The notes under the pieces are model-generated. The model worked only from the letters and a program-made list of their open reading frames with translations. It was not told the origin of the DNA and made no database searches. A DNA stretch of 57,154 bases, counting the filler, from Piptocephalis cylindrospora (taxonomy: Eukaryota): assembly GCA_003614145.1 (NCBI GenBank). It is 2 parts of 2 records of this genome, joined end to end, with 100 filler letters (N's around TTAATTAATTAA, not from the genome) between each part and the next. Parts side by side here need not be neighbours in the genome. Positions count along the whole stretch, not along the records: positions 1 to 28,551 come from KZ987760.1; 1 more part is not named here. The stretch is one strand, 5' to 3'. The position numbers and the translations under genes are program-made. How positions within the stretch are numbered: the stretch's first letter is position 1; the number at the start of each line of letters is the position of its first letter. Positions 1 through 14,282 of this stretch are shown here, in pieces.

Positions 1-94
1 CGCCCATCCTTCTTCCCTTTCCTCTCCCCCCTCCCTTTCCTCTCCCCCCTCCCTTTCCTCAGTCTTCCTCAGTCTTCTTTATTCCATTCGTCGC

Positions 95-1382
95 ATGGAC
101 CGAAACTCCCCTCTACTTCCAACACATATGCCCTACACGTCCGGCCAGTCCGGTTCCTCCACAGACCTTACCGCCTCGGGCCACAGCGGTGGTGGGTCTA
201 ACCAGGCAAGGGCCACCTATTCGGATCACTCAACCACCACCACAACCCCCTCCTCCTCCTCCTCAGCCTCCTCTCCCTCTCACTCTCCCTCTTCCTCCGC
301 GCATCATCCCCAAACCGACGGGACTGGGACCCCCAGAAAGGAGCTCTACTCCTACCACGCCCCATGGCCCGTCTATTCCATCGCCTGGTCCAGACGTCCC
401 GGGAAAGATGCCTTCCGTCTGGCCGTGGGAAGCTTTACAGAAACCGCCACTAACAAGCTGCAGATTGTTCGACTGGCCGGCCCGGACAGTGAGGATCCAC
501 GTAGGCAGCAGGATCTGGTTGCCACCGCAGAGGCAAACCATCCCTACCCCGCCACCAAAGTTCTGTGGCAACCCTACCGAGGTGGAGATGGTCCTGATCT
601 CCTCGCCACAACCGCCGACACCCTTAGGTTATGGCAGGCGAGGCCCACTGAGGATGGTGCCTCCGAGTCCCTTCACTTCCTCCAAGCCCTGAACAGTACA
701 AAGACAGATATTAGCGCCCCCCTCACCTCGTTTGACTGGTGCGAGACCGACCCTTCCCTCATTGTCACCTCCAGTGTCGATACTACCTGTACCGTTTGGA
801 ATGTTGAGGTGTGTGCTCCCATGACCCTGGGGCAAACCCTCTCCGCTGAAAAATATTCAATCTAACCACCTCTCCCTCCCAATCCTTACTAGACACGGCA
901 AGCAAAGACGCAATTAATTGCCCATGATCGAGAGGTCTTTGACGTAGCTTTCATCTCGGGGACTTCGGATATTTTTGCCTCGGTTGGCGCCGATGGCTCC
1001 GTCAGGATGTTTGATCTTCGGTATGCCTTCTTCCATTCTAATTATATATTCATACACGCCTGCTCATTCTTCATCAATTCAACTCCCTATATGGAATAGA
1101 TCATTGGATCATTCCTCCATCATCTATGAGACCCCTACTACCGATTCTCACTCTGCCCCTCCCCTCCTGCGTCTGGCCGCCAATAAGGTTGACACCAATT
1201 ACCTAGCCTGCTTCCACCAGGATTCCGCTGCCGTTCAAATTCTTGATGTCCGAGTTCCCGGGACCCCTGTGGCTCAACTACGTGGTCATGGTGCTGGAGT
1301 CAATACCGTGGATTGGTCCCCCGAGTCCTCAGGGCATCTATGTACCGGTGGTATGTACCCCTCCCTCCTTTCCTCTCTCCTG

Positions 1383-1413
<31 letters not shown>

Positions 1414-1720
1414 ATACACATACACACTTCATCTGTTCATCTACCCCTATACTCATTTACCCCTCTACCCCTCTACCCCTCAATCCAAAATAGGTGACGA
1501 TTCACAAGTCTTGGTATGGGATATTCGACAAAGGGAGTCTCATCCAGGCACATCCTCCATGGGAAGGGCAAAGTCTGCACCCGTAGGCCTTGGATCGGTG
1601 CGAGATCCCTCCTTGGCTTATACGGCCGCAGGTGAGGTGAATCAGGCTGTCTGGAGTGCCGCTCAATCCGAATGGATCGCCATTGCTTTTGGCCGGTGCG
1701 TCCAAGCACTTAAGGCCTAA
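95..1720 (+). CDS. WD40-repeat protein, DCAF7/WDR68/AN11 family; exons 95-808, 893-1020, 1100-1350, 1494-1720
   Basis: Family motifs [82 protein letters not shown] and [10 protein letters not shown] are joined in frame by GT..AG introns 809-892, 1021-1099 and 1351-1493. Confidence 0.93.
1383..1427. repeat. (CA)n/(CATACA)n microsatellite in intron 3 of the WD40 gene
   Basis: Directly visible cacacaca...catacacatacacatacac run. Confidence 0.9.
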
Positions 1721-3670
1721 TGGTGCATGGAAAGTGCGTCATGTGGAAACGGGAAGAAGGAGGGCATGATGAGTGCCAGTATATGGGTATGGGTACAGGA
1801 CGATGATTATGAGCATGGGATGGAATGGGATGAGAGGAGCAGATCTCTCTGCGCATGTGTGTGTGCAAGTGTGTAGGTGTCTAAAAGGAGGGAGTGACAA
1901 GCGGTAAAATTTCGGTAATTTCGTGGTGGTGATGGTAGTCAGTGATAAGTCCTCTTGTCCCGATGTGGATCTTCACTGAAAGCACCTCATGTGCCCTCTC
2001 CCCCAGGCTGATCCGACTCTAGAGTTGGATGTGTGCCTCCTTCCTGTTGTAAGAGCAGGGGAAGGGGATATTATTACCATTTTGCTGCGCCCCAGTGTGA
2101 ACAATGCCCTCCATCCTCCACCTCCTTGTTCCCTCTCACCCCCCCTCTTTTCGTCCCTTCATCCCATAATTGAGTTCAATGTAGGACGTGCGCAGGTAAC
2201 GTTTGAATGTTGATTGGCTGATTAATAGATTCACCCCTTCTCTCTCTTTCCCCATTTCTGTTCATGTACGACTAGACGGAAGAGTGAAGGTTGGTTTGTA
2301 TGTCAGAGCGCCTGGGATAGGATATTTTTAAAAACTGATGGATCATCCTCCCTCCATTCTCCAATCGCCATCATCTTTAGCATTTCTGTCCAGGGTATAA
2401 CTTCCGCCACCTCCTCCGTTATTCACTGTTACCCATGTATCATGGAAGCGCTATAGAAGATGATGGGCGAGGATATGCCCTTGGTCCAGGCTTCTCCCCC
2501 TCCCTTTTGTCTCCCTGTTCTTCTACCCCTTTCTTATATTGTCTAATCGCTTGATAAACCCCAAGCTCCCTTGTACACCTGAAGATCACCAAGGCATTTA
2601 CTTGCAATGGCGTCTGCTTGGGGTTATACAACATGAACTGGGTGCACTGAGATTGACTCAGGTGGACGAGTACCCAGGGGTCCCATCTCCATGTATATCT
2701 TTCACTGGTCAGTGAATCGCTCATCCTCTTTCCCGATGTGTCCTCCATGGCCATACATGCCTCCGACTACAGGATGGAGTCAAGCGGCAAAAGAGGATGG
2801 AGCTTGAGCGGTCTCTCCCTCCACATCCTCATCGTCTACCCATGAATTCTTCCACTCCTTTCCTCTCTAAGAGATCCTAGACCGTCTTTCTTCTCCTTGT
2901 ACCATGCATGCTATATAGCATGCATGATGCGAGGATGAAAGGGCAGCGGTCCGAGATATTAGAGTGCAGTTCGAGCCGCACAATGACACGCATCCCCAGC
3001 GAAGATGGTTCGGTCCTTCCACTTTGGCCATGGGCCTCCTTCAGCTGCTCTCAAGAGAGACACTGGCATTATCCTTCCAGATTTATCATCTACCCAATCA
3101 TCATTATTCTTCATAGATAATAAGCCAAGCAGGATGCCACCAGAGCCCCTGTCACTTGCTCGGCCATGACATCCATCCCTTCTCATATCTCTTGCAAGTG
3201 GTGCATGGGGCCCCGCGAGGACCTCGAGGGCTGCGACACCCGGTACATATCCGCTCCCCACTTTTGAGTATATCACTGTCCATCTATCCGTCCACCATTC
3301 CCCATATCTCTCATCAGCCCCACCCATCCTGTCAATTCAAAACCTTCCTCCTCTCATCCCTGTCGCTTCTCTCTTCGACACTCCATCCTTCGAACTCTTT
3401 CCATCATACTCAGTACCGGCATCATCTTTCCCTCCTTGCTATTCCGTCTTGCGCTCTTCCTCCACCACACTCTACATTGATAGCATCCTCCTATTCTACG
3501 CGTGATTATCTCTCTTATAATCATTCCTCCCTCCCTATACCCTCAATCACCTATCCTTGAGCACCGCTTGTACTTCATCCATTTCATCATCTCATTCTCC
3601 TCTACCTAAAGGTCCCCATAAAGGAATTAGCAGCCTGCTCCGATCTCTCATTCTCATCCTCTCTATTTCA

Positions 3671-4759
3671 ATGACTTACCCATACCGCCTTGACGGGCGC
3701 CTCCGTCAAGTAAGTCGATCATCACATTTTTCAACTACGTCCATCATTATCATTTACCGTCTTCTTCCTGAAAACCTACTTAGCCAATATTCCTAAATGG
3801 CGTCTTCTTTTCTATTTCTTTGGCCCTCCTCACGGGCATTACTGTTCCTAGGTCGAATGCCCAGGTGCTTACCACCAACGGTGGGGTCATCTCGAATGGT
3901 AATGAGCAGTTCGGAAACCAGCAGATGGGGACAATGGGTGGAAGCAATGGAAATGTCGTCATGGCCCCTGTCGGCTCTACCCCCATCGTCACGACTCCGG
4001 CCACCGTCGTTAGTAGCAACGGTGGAGGAAACTCTAGCGAAGGCTCCAATGTTTCTCGTAAGTCCTCCCGTCCCCCTCCCAAAGATGGGATTAGTACGTG
4101 ACTTCCATTTAATCACCCCATTTATCCATCTCTCCCACACGCCAGGTCAAGTAGTTCCTGTTATGGCGGTCAGTGGCAACAGTAACGGACATGGAGCCGG
4201 TAATAATAACGGAAATAATGGGATGGGGATGCAAAACAACGGTGGAGATCAGCAAGGACACGACCAAGGGCAATTTCACGGTCAGGAGCATGGATCCAGT
4301 GAAGGAAACACAACCCTAGGGATTGGTCTCGGTATTATGGGCGCCGTCTTAGCCATCATCGGGATGGCGGCCATCGTCAGCTTCTGGTTTTATCGCCGTC
4401 GTCGCCGGCAACATATTGGATCCAACGAAACCGGCGATCGGGGGCTCAAGAACGGCGGTGGGTTCAGCACCCCTGCCAAAGGCAATAATGACCCATATGC
4501 GGAGGAAGGCGATCGTCGCCACACACCAACCCCGCCCTCTTATCCCTCCCACCAAGTGGAGGCCTGGCAGCATGCTACCGAGCCCCGATATCCTGATCCC
4601 GTTCAAGCGGATCATGACTCTAATCCTGACAATGGTTCGAATGGAGACACCAATAGCAGACCCTCTTCTGCCGCCCTGAATACCACGGCTTCCCCCGCAC
4701 GTCGTCCCATGGAGGACCTCCATTACTTTCCCCATCCCCCAGCCCCAGGGACTTATTAG
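3671..4759 (+). CDS. Predicted single-pass (type I) membrane protein, unknown function; exons 3671-3709, 3784-4057, 4146-4759
   Basis: GTAAGT..TAG (3710-3783) and GTAAGT..CAG (4058-4145) introns join three ORF pieces in frame. Product: signal-like LNGVFFSISLALLTGITV, G/N/Q/S-rich ectodomain, TM LGIGLGIMGAVLAIIGMAAIVSFWFY, RRRRR stop-transfer, Pro-rich tail. Confidence 0.75.
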
Positions 4760-6251
4760 GCTCCTATGGCCCACTGCGTTCCCTCCGCCTACTCTTCCCT
4801 AATCCTTTGGCCGATGGCCCATCTTAAGAAATTCGCCATTATCCCTCTTTCCCCGTGAACTGCCCATCCAGAGTCATTGCTCGTTTATGCTTTTCTTTTA
4901 TAGTATCTGTTCGTTGTGAGTTTGTCGTGTACGGGTCTTTAGGCCATTATTGATTGTTTTTCTTATTTAAACTCTTTATCTTCGTCATGATGCTCTATTT
5001 AGAAATGATTAAGGAAGAAATGAATTGAAGCTTCCTGGAAAATGGGTAATATTGATGTGAGAGCCCATTTACACTGTGAGGACCTGTTAACCAATCATTT
5101 CGCTAGCTACAATGAACTTCTAGCCAACCATTATAAACCCCTGTTTGAAATATCCTCCCCCACCACTACGTCTCCTAGAGAGCCTGGGGTTAATGTGTGG
5201 ACATAGATAATCATCCACACCCCAGTAAACATGGGAGGGTATGAAGTGGGGTAATTACAGTGTATGGAGACAACATACGCATACGATTCTATCAATACCC
5301 TTTGTCCTTTGCTAATTCAAGGCAAAATCATGGAAACCATCCTCCGTCAGAATGCTATGGATGGGATTACTATGAGTGAGGCTATACATTGCTTTGCATA
5401 GGGTACATTTCGGGGATCATCCCTTGATATTACGCATACCGGTTGCTTTGACAGGCATTGTGTTCGAATGCCTATCGGTTAGCCTTGGCGAGGGACAGTA
5501 AAGTGGGCTTCTCACCACCATGTGTTTGAATGTCCAAAACCCTGCCTCACTGAAAGAAACTATACCAACTTTACTTTTACTATCATTACCATGAGTGAGG
5601 GAATTAGGATAAATAGAATGTTAGTGTATATGTAAAATTGTTTATTTAGACATTATGGTGGAGACAATTAGGCCCCTGATACTAACGCTATCCATCGGAG
5701 GGAGTATGCCATTGCCGGGGGACGATGGTATGCCCCCTCGTATCCCTAGCTTCCCGGACCATCTCACGCGACCTCAATGGTGGCGAACGTTTCTTCAGGT
5801 GAAGGTGGACCTTAGGTGTCTGTAGCATCCATGAAGGTTTTTGTATAGGGTGCACGTCGGGGACCTAGTCCCTGGTACCACGCATGTCGACCCTTGGGTG
5901 GGTACTGTGTTCGGACATTCCTATTGCCTGCCCCACTTGGGGATAATAAAACGATTTTATCATCAACGCTATCCATCGATTTTTATGACCAGAGGCGTGC
6001 GATGCCAGACATTGGATGAGCGGAATATGGTAAATGAGAGCAGAGTAAGAATTAAAGCACAGGTTATACTCGGGAATAAAATGCGTGAAAAACTACATAT
6101 TATGATCGAGGTCCCTTCTCGATACCAGCCCAGGCCCTTTCCCTATAAAAAAGATAACATCGTCCAAGAATAGCACTGTAGACCCCATAATACCACCCAC
6201 TCGGGCCGATCAATCAAACCCCTTCATCACCTATCGGGAGAAAGAAACTGA

Positions 6252-8117
6252 TCACCATGCCCTCACTACGTCATGCACCTCCGAGGTATGTTGACCCTCC
6301 TCGGGCGCCTCGGTGGGATGATACCATGCGCCGGGAGCACCAGTATCCGCCCCAGCCCGCCCATCCTCGGTTCCGGGAGGCCCTTGAGCGGGCGTCCGGT
6401 ACCCCATACGGGAAATAGCAGCGGCGCTCGCTCGTCGCTTAGCTAAATTCTGCACTTTGGTTTCCCGATGCTCCTCCGACATGGCGTCCTCTCCTCCCGC
6501 TCGACCGGTAAAAAACCATTTTCTTCGACCCTGGGATACATGCTTCTCTTCCCTCCCTGAACCTCCACCCTCCGCCAGCCCTCCCTCTTTTGTTCTATTC
6601 GGCAATGGAGCCAATGGAGCGCCCTCCCCTAATCCTGGCCCCAACCCAGACCCTATCCCTGATCCTGTCCCTACCCCTGACCCGGATCCTGACCCTGATC
6701 CACCTACGCTGCCAGAGGACGATCTCGGTGTGGGAGGTTCCGGGTCAACGCATTTGACCCATTCCGGGGGCTCCCCTACACATCGTCGTACGGGGTCGAC
6801 AAACCCATCGTATCGTTCATAGAGCATATAGTCAAAATTACGGAAACGACGCTCAATCAGCTCCATCTCTTTGGAAAGGCCGCCTCCTGCAGCGCCGGTC
6901 TTTCCATTGAGGCCTTTCTTCCGGGGCTTGGCCTCCAAGGGCTGCTGCTCCAGCAGTAGTTCTTCCAGGTCATAGGCCACATCAAAGTTCGCTGCATTGC
7001 TCTACATCATCATGGAGGGCGGACGGATGAATACAAAGGTGTAGAAGATAGGCACATCATGCTGAGTATGACTTACATCAGGTACATAAGCAGGCTGAAG
7101 CTCCTTTCGTTCCAGACGATACCAGTCCAAGTCGGCAAAGAAGGGATGGGCCTGTATACCCGCTAGACCCCGTTGCCCCTCTTCCCACACTACAAGAAAC
7201 TCCTCGGCCGGGGCAGCTCCTGCACCTAGCCTTCTGGAGGCATCCCGCTGGAGGAGATCATCAATGGCCGAAAGACATGCCGAACTAATGGTTCGGCCCT
7301 TCCGACCCTTTTGGGAGAGTCGAATGGTCTTTTTAGCAATAGAATAGCGAAGTTCTTCATTGGTCGCACCATCAAAGGGCCTCTACCATCATTGGTGAGG
7401 AGTGAAGGAGGAGAAAGAGAGGATGAGAAGTGAACGAGAGGAAAAGGTGAAGCTCTTCCTTTCTCTCCCTTAATTTACCTTGCCGTAGATGCACTCGTAA
7501 AAAACGACCCCAAGAGCCCACCAATCCACCGAATGCAGGTATCCCTTGCGTGTGAGCATTTCTGGAGCCATGTAGACGTAAGTTCCACTCTCCGAGGTCA
7601 GGGGTCGGGAGCGTTCTGCATGCGTGGCAATGTTAAAGTCGGTCAAGTGAGCATGACCGTACTCATCCAAAAGGATGTTATCGGGTTTAATATCTCGATG
7701 AACAATGCCTTTACCGTGGAGGTAGGAAACTGCACAGGCAATCTCGGAGATCCACATACGAACAGCATCCTCGGAGAAGTAGGGTTTGCGCAAGAGGTGA
7801 AAGCGGAGATCCCCGCCCAGCATGAGGTCTAGGGCCATGTACATGTAATCATCATCCTGGAAGGCAAAGCGTAGGTTACAGATGAAGGGATGGTCCACAG
7901 CCTCGAGGATATTCCGTTCGCGAAATACATTGCGCAAGGCGTCCATCCGGATACAATCCTTTTTGGAGATGTACTTGAGAGCAAAGAGTCTCTTGGTATC
8001 CTTCCTCTCAACAATCCGGACCTTCCCAAAGGATCCCCGACCTACACTCCGTAGCAGGTTGAACTGAGAAAGGTTGACCTCCTCGGAAAAATCCACCTTA
8101 CCCGGGACATTTCCCAT
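6252..8117 (-). CDS. AGC-group Ser/Thr kinase, YANK/STK32-like; exons 8117-7479, 7382-7077, 7001-6252
   Basis: MGN N-terminus, GRGSFGKV, FALK, HRDIKPDN, DFNIA (YANK-typical), YMAPE, VDWWALG, and the C-tail NFDVAYDLEELLLEQQPL. Introns 7478-7383 and 7076-7002 are GT..AG and preserve frame. Confidence 0.92.
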
Positions 8118-9479
8118 GATAAATGATGTTGACGAGGGAGGGAGAGGAAAGTAGTGGAGTGGGGAAGGATGGTATTAAGGGACTTGGGACCAAATGAATG
8201 GATGTCGTTAGACCGTCAGCAACTTTCCAAGTACGGGAGGAAGGTGAAGCGAAGGTGTATAGAGCAAGGCAAGGGAAGGGCGAGGAAGAAAATATAAAGG
8301 CAAGATTATCCTTTCCGTACAGGACAGAGCTGGAGTGGGGAATGGATCGTAGAGGAGAGAGGGAAGAGAGGGGAGGTAAGAAGGAAGGTGGGAAGGAAAC
8401 ACCTTGTCAAAAAGTCCTTTAGTAAGGTACCGAGACGGGAACGGACGTCAGAATGAACGATGGGTCTCCGGGGGCTAGCCGGACACAAGGGAGAGGGAAG
8501 GTAAAAGGGAAGTCCGGGAGGAGGAGTGATCGAGTAGGGGAAGGAAGAAAGAAACAGAGAAATAAAAGGAAAGTAAGAGGGGAGAGGGGAGGAAGGGAGG
8601 AAGGGAGGAAGGGAGGAAGAAAGGAGATGATGATAGCATGGCCCACGAAGGAAGGCCAAAAAGATGGGGTGATGGAGGGGACCAGCCAGGAAAACAGGAT
8701 GGGTGGCGGCAGATGAGGTAGCAAGTGCGCAGACACACGCTTCCCACTCACAGACGGGTCAATGAACCCATCCGCCCTGGCAGCCAGGAGAAGTCGACGG
8801 AGTTGCAAAAAGGCTTCAGTGCCACTGGCACCCTAGCGCCTAGCCTAACGGTCGTATTGCAACCGTCCTGTTGGACAAATCCGGCTTGGGGAGACATGAC
8901 CGTGAGACTTGGCGTATCCTCGCTGCCGTTGTGCTCTCAGACTCATGATCCTGTACGGCTCATGTAGAGAGGGTAGGAGAGAAAGACCCATGGTTCTAGG
9001 GAGAGTACGCAGAATATTCGCCTCTAATTGTATCACATGAAGAGACGGAACGAGTGGAGCATGCTCGAAACCAGGGGAAGGTGCAGCACAAACCTCCCTT
9101 GGATTCCATGATCCACAAGAATAATGCTTTCTTAAGCGTGCTATCATTACCAGACGATTTGGACCTAGGATGCGCACTTTGTTGGGATATTAATTCGAGT
9201 TTTACAGATGCATATTCACCGCGTATCACAAGGTTGTTTGAGAACGTATGCTCATCTATCCCTGACGTTGCCTTCAGGAGGGATGATATGCGTCACCATG
9301 CGTACTGTTTCAAGGATGGTCGATAGAGCGATGCATGACACGGTGCTACTATTAATCGATTCCTTTGTTTCCAAGAACAATGAAGCGTCAGGGGACTGAA
9401 GAGAACGCATGCAGCCCCTAAAAGAAGCATTAATCCTGATCCAAAAGACAGAGTATGTAACTTTCAAAAAGTAAAAGAA

Positions 9480-9561
9480 TGAAGAGAGTGGGATTCGAAC
9501 CCACGCCTCCGAAGAGACCACGGCCTTAACGTGGCGCCTTAGACCGCTCGGCCATCTCTCC
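9480..9561 (-). tRNA. tRNA-Leu (anticodon AAG), long variable arm, no intron
   Basis: Minus strand reads GGAGAGATGGCCGAGCGGTCTAAGGCG-CCACG-TTAAGGC-CGTGG-TCTCTTCGGAGGC-GTGGGTTCGAATCCCAC-TCTCTTC-A. A and B boxes are present and T-runs follow. Confidence 0.96.
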
Positions 9562-9687
9562 ATGTTTTTTGGGATTTCTGTGGAATTTATTGTTCTATCT
9601 TAATATTTACAGTATACAAAGAATGATGAATCTGTGGACTTTTAGGAAAAAGGGAAGATTGCAATTTTCCCAATACGTTTCGCTGTT

Positions 9688-9710
9688 TACTACTACTACT
9701 ACTACTACTA
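9688..9710. repeat. (TAC)n trinucleotide microsatellite
   Basis: tactactactactactactacta visible in the AT-rich flank of the tRNA. Confidence 0.85.
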
Positions 9711-10195
9711 TGCTTAACATTGTATAGGCTTTATAAAGGCCTCAGATCTATTGCATGGGTGTTTAGCTAAATAGATGCCGAGTTTGCAGGGAATAGGGTA
9801 GATGGATGACAAATCAGTCTGAGTTTTGAATGACAGCTCAGCGTGCTGTCAAAGAACAGACCTGCCACCAAGCTGAGAATACGACCTGAATCAACATGCC
9901 TGTCCGTTAATAATAGCCATTCTTCGTGAGGTAGGGAAAAATATATTGTTGGTTAGGCACACGATCATTTTTGGCATCTCCTTTTATCCCCAGATGACCC
10001 ATCCATCGTATTATCCTTTTGGACAATTGATATTTTACGTACACTACTGCTACGGTAGTACCTCTTTTGAATGTTTTCATTGTTATCCTCCCTCTGCTTC
10101 CGAGCGAAGAAAAAGAGCAAAAAAAGGACGAGAAACGTAATTGGTATATAGAGGGAGAGGGGGGAAGGATTTAAAAAGAAGGGAAGGAATGGCCA

Positions 10196-11748
10196 TCAGA
10201 CAGAAATGGTACGGAAGATGTTGAAACCGGAGCTGGCGGTGGTGACGATGCAACCCTTGATCTGCTTATGCCAATGAATCTCCTTGATGTCCTGCTGACC
10301 CTGGTGGATGAAAAGGAGTTGGGGAGGGACCTCAGGACCGGGGACCTTAGAGTCTGCGGTAGAGGCCTCCTCCTCCTTATCCTCCTCGACACTGAGATCC
10401 CAAATGGTGCACTGGTCATCGGCGCCCGAAAGGGCCAAGACGGACTCTTCGTGGGGAGACCACTCGATAGAAGTAATAGGGGCTTTGTGCCACTGGAAGG
10501 AAGCGACAGGCTTGGGGGAAGCAATGGGGGCAGGCTTTCCACCACCCAGGGCTCGCATGTCCCACACGGAAAAGACACCATCATCACCTCCCGAGGCCAT
10601 GAGGTAATCGACACGACGGTTCCAGGAAATGACATTAACATCAGCATTGTGGGCGTAATAGGAGAGGGCGGGGGCCCGGGAGGGCATACGGGTATCCCAG
10701 ATCCGGACGGTGCGATCGGCGGAGCAGGAGGCAAAGACGGTTCGTTCCTTGTGGGACCACTGGATATCCTCGACGGAGGAAGTGTGACCTAGGAAGGGCC
10801 TGGGGTCCGTGGTCCATTGTCCCTGGTTCTCGGTAGTCAGGCGGATTTGACCAGTCATATCACCGGTCAGCAAGCTAGAAGAAGAAATGATGGGTGTTAA
10901 GGATGAGGTTTCTTTAACAGCGCTGATCCAAAGAATTAAAGAGCTTACCGACCACGCTCCATGCTGGACCAGTCCATGGCGAAGCCTTCATCCTCATGGG
11001 AATGAATGGTATGGACGGGAGGGGTAGAGGAGGAAGGGATGTGGCCGGGGGAAGCAAGAGCCTCGGCCTGGGGGTTGAGGTTCCAGATGTGAACCTTGCC
11101 GGTATCGGCCCAAGTGGCCGCCCAGGCACCTTGATCACCAGGCATGAGACGAATGCGATTAACGCCGCCGGGATGTTTGACCGAGTGGTGCTCCAGAACA
11201 GGATCATCATCGACGGCCTCATCATCCGAGTCACCGTCCTCCTGCTGATCCTGGTCATCCCGATTAGTCCGATGGAGTTGGGACATCTTCATGACAAGGA
11301 TTTCATTATCTGAAGCCCTTTCGGCCTGAGTCCCGGCCACCAGGTAGGCGGTGTGAGGGAAGCGAGTACGATCAGCGCCCAGGTTGTCCTGGAGGACATC
11401 AAAGCTTAAGCAAGGCCATTGTACGCTCATGTTATGAAGCATCATGTACGCCGAGTTATCCACCTCAAGGACTTCATCTTTGTCTAGTGCCTGTCCGGGC
11501 AGATAGACTTTGAGATCCTCCTTGGTTTCCTCGTCATCTTCCTCCTGCATGATTCCCTCCTCCTCCTCCTCTGAGTCCGAGTCACTGCCCATGGCAGTAG
11601 CATTTCCGGTCTCTTCCTCCTCAAATTCGTCCTCGAACACGTCCTCAAATTCCCCCATACCCGTATCGCCCTGTTCGTCCATAGGCCGAGTGGCGGGGTG
11701 GGCCTTGGCGGCTTGATCAAAACTGTCGGTGGAGCGCTTCAAAGCCAT
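10196..11748 (-). CDS. RRB1: Ribosome assembly WD40 protein RRB1/GRWD1; exons 11748-10949, 10874-10196
   Basis: Acidic N-terminus, SAYMMLHNMSVQWPCLSFD, EGFAMDWS, GHTSSVEDIQWS, FQWHKAPITSIEW, PPQLLFIHQGQQDIKEIHWH, FNIFRTISV end. Intron 10948-10875 is GTAAGC..TAG. Confidence 0.95.
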
Positions 11749-12259
11749 GGTCGTGGGGGAAGGGGAGGATAAGGTAGGGGAGGGTAAGGAAAGGGAAAGG
11801 AGAGGGGTGGTCCTTTCTAGACTACTTGCTGCGAGAATACAAGCTTGATGTATAGCGTTGTGTTGAATCTCTTCTTTAACAGACAGCACTACAGATTGTC
11901 TACCCAATGCATGAGAGGCTCCATCAATCTGGGTGGTTGTCTGGGACGACGATGGAAAAAAAGAAAAAAAGAAATACTGTTTGAATTTAGATGCTTTTTG
12001 GCACTTTTTATACTATCCGTTGAACCGTGTGGCAAAGGAGAGATTTGCCTTGTTGGTGAGGTCATACGCAGTTCACTAATGAGCCTTCTTTCCAGCATAG
12101 TCTGAGTGTCGCGTCAGGTTATGTGCGGGGACCGGGCAGACCCGAGCTGGGGAAAGATTCGCTCAGGTGTAGTGAAACAGTACAAGGAAATGTACTTCAT
12201 CCAGCTTTCTTGTATCTCTACCTAGCCCGCCAAACAACCCATCTTTCATCCTTGATTCT

Positions 12260-14072
<1,813 letters not shown>

Positions 14073-14282
14073 GGGGAGAGGGGTGTCTTGGGGAGATCAA
14101 TGACGAGGGTTGCCTCTTCTCCACAATCTCAACAGCACAGTTCCTGTGATGCAATGACCATCAACAACGTAGAATATAGTGTGGGTAAAAGGGCATGTAA
14201 ATGATAGAAAAAGAAAAAAGGTAGAGAGCATGGAAAGGTAGGAAGGGGAAGAAAGGATGTGGGGTACAAAGCAAGAGAGGGC

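Noticed and set aside
16..60. Tandem ccctttcctctccccc(c)t repeats
   Set aside because: Simple slippage repeat in the CT-rich leader of the WD40 gene; no spacers and not CRISPR-like.
4895..4915. TAGTATCTGTTC resembling the U2 snRNA branch-recognition region
   Set aside because: No upstream stem I or AGATCAAGTG and no Sm-site context; it sits in a 3' UTR.
5658..5937. Firm call of RNase MRP RNA on the minus strand
   Set aside because: P4- and P1-like pairings exist, but the GAAAG CR-I, the GARAR loop and ANAGNNA are not matched, and the strongest hairpin favours the + strand. Kept only as an unexplained island.
6625..6705. Hexamer-periodic repeat (cctgat/cctgac) as a separate element
   Set aside because: It encodes the Gly-Ser/Gly-X linker in the kinase C-terminal tail.
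7630..7645. Kinase with DFN instead of DFG as a pseudokinase
   Set aside because: DFN(I/V)A is normal for YANK/STK32 kinases, and the catalytic Lys and HRD are intact.
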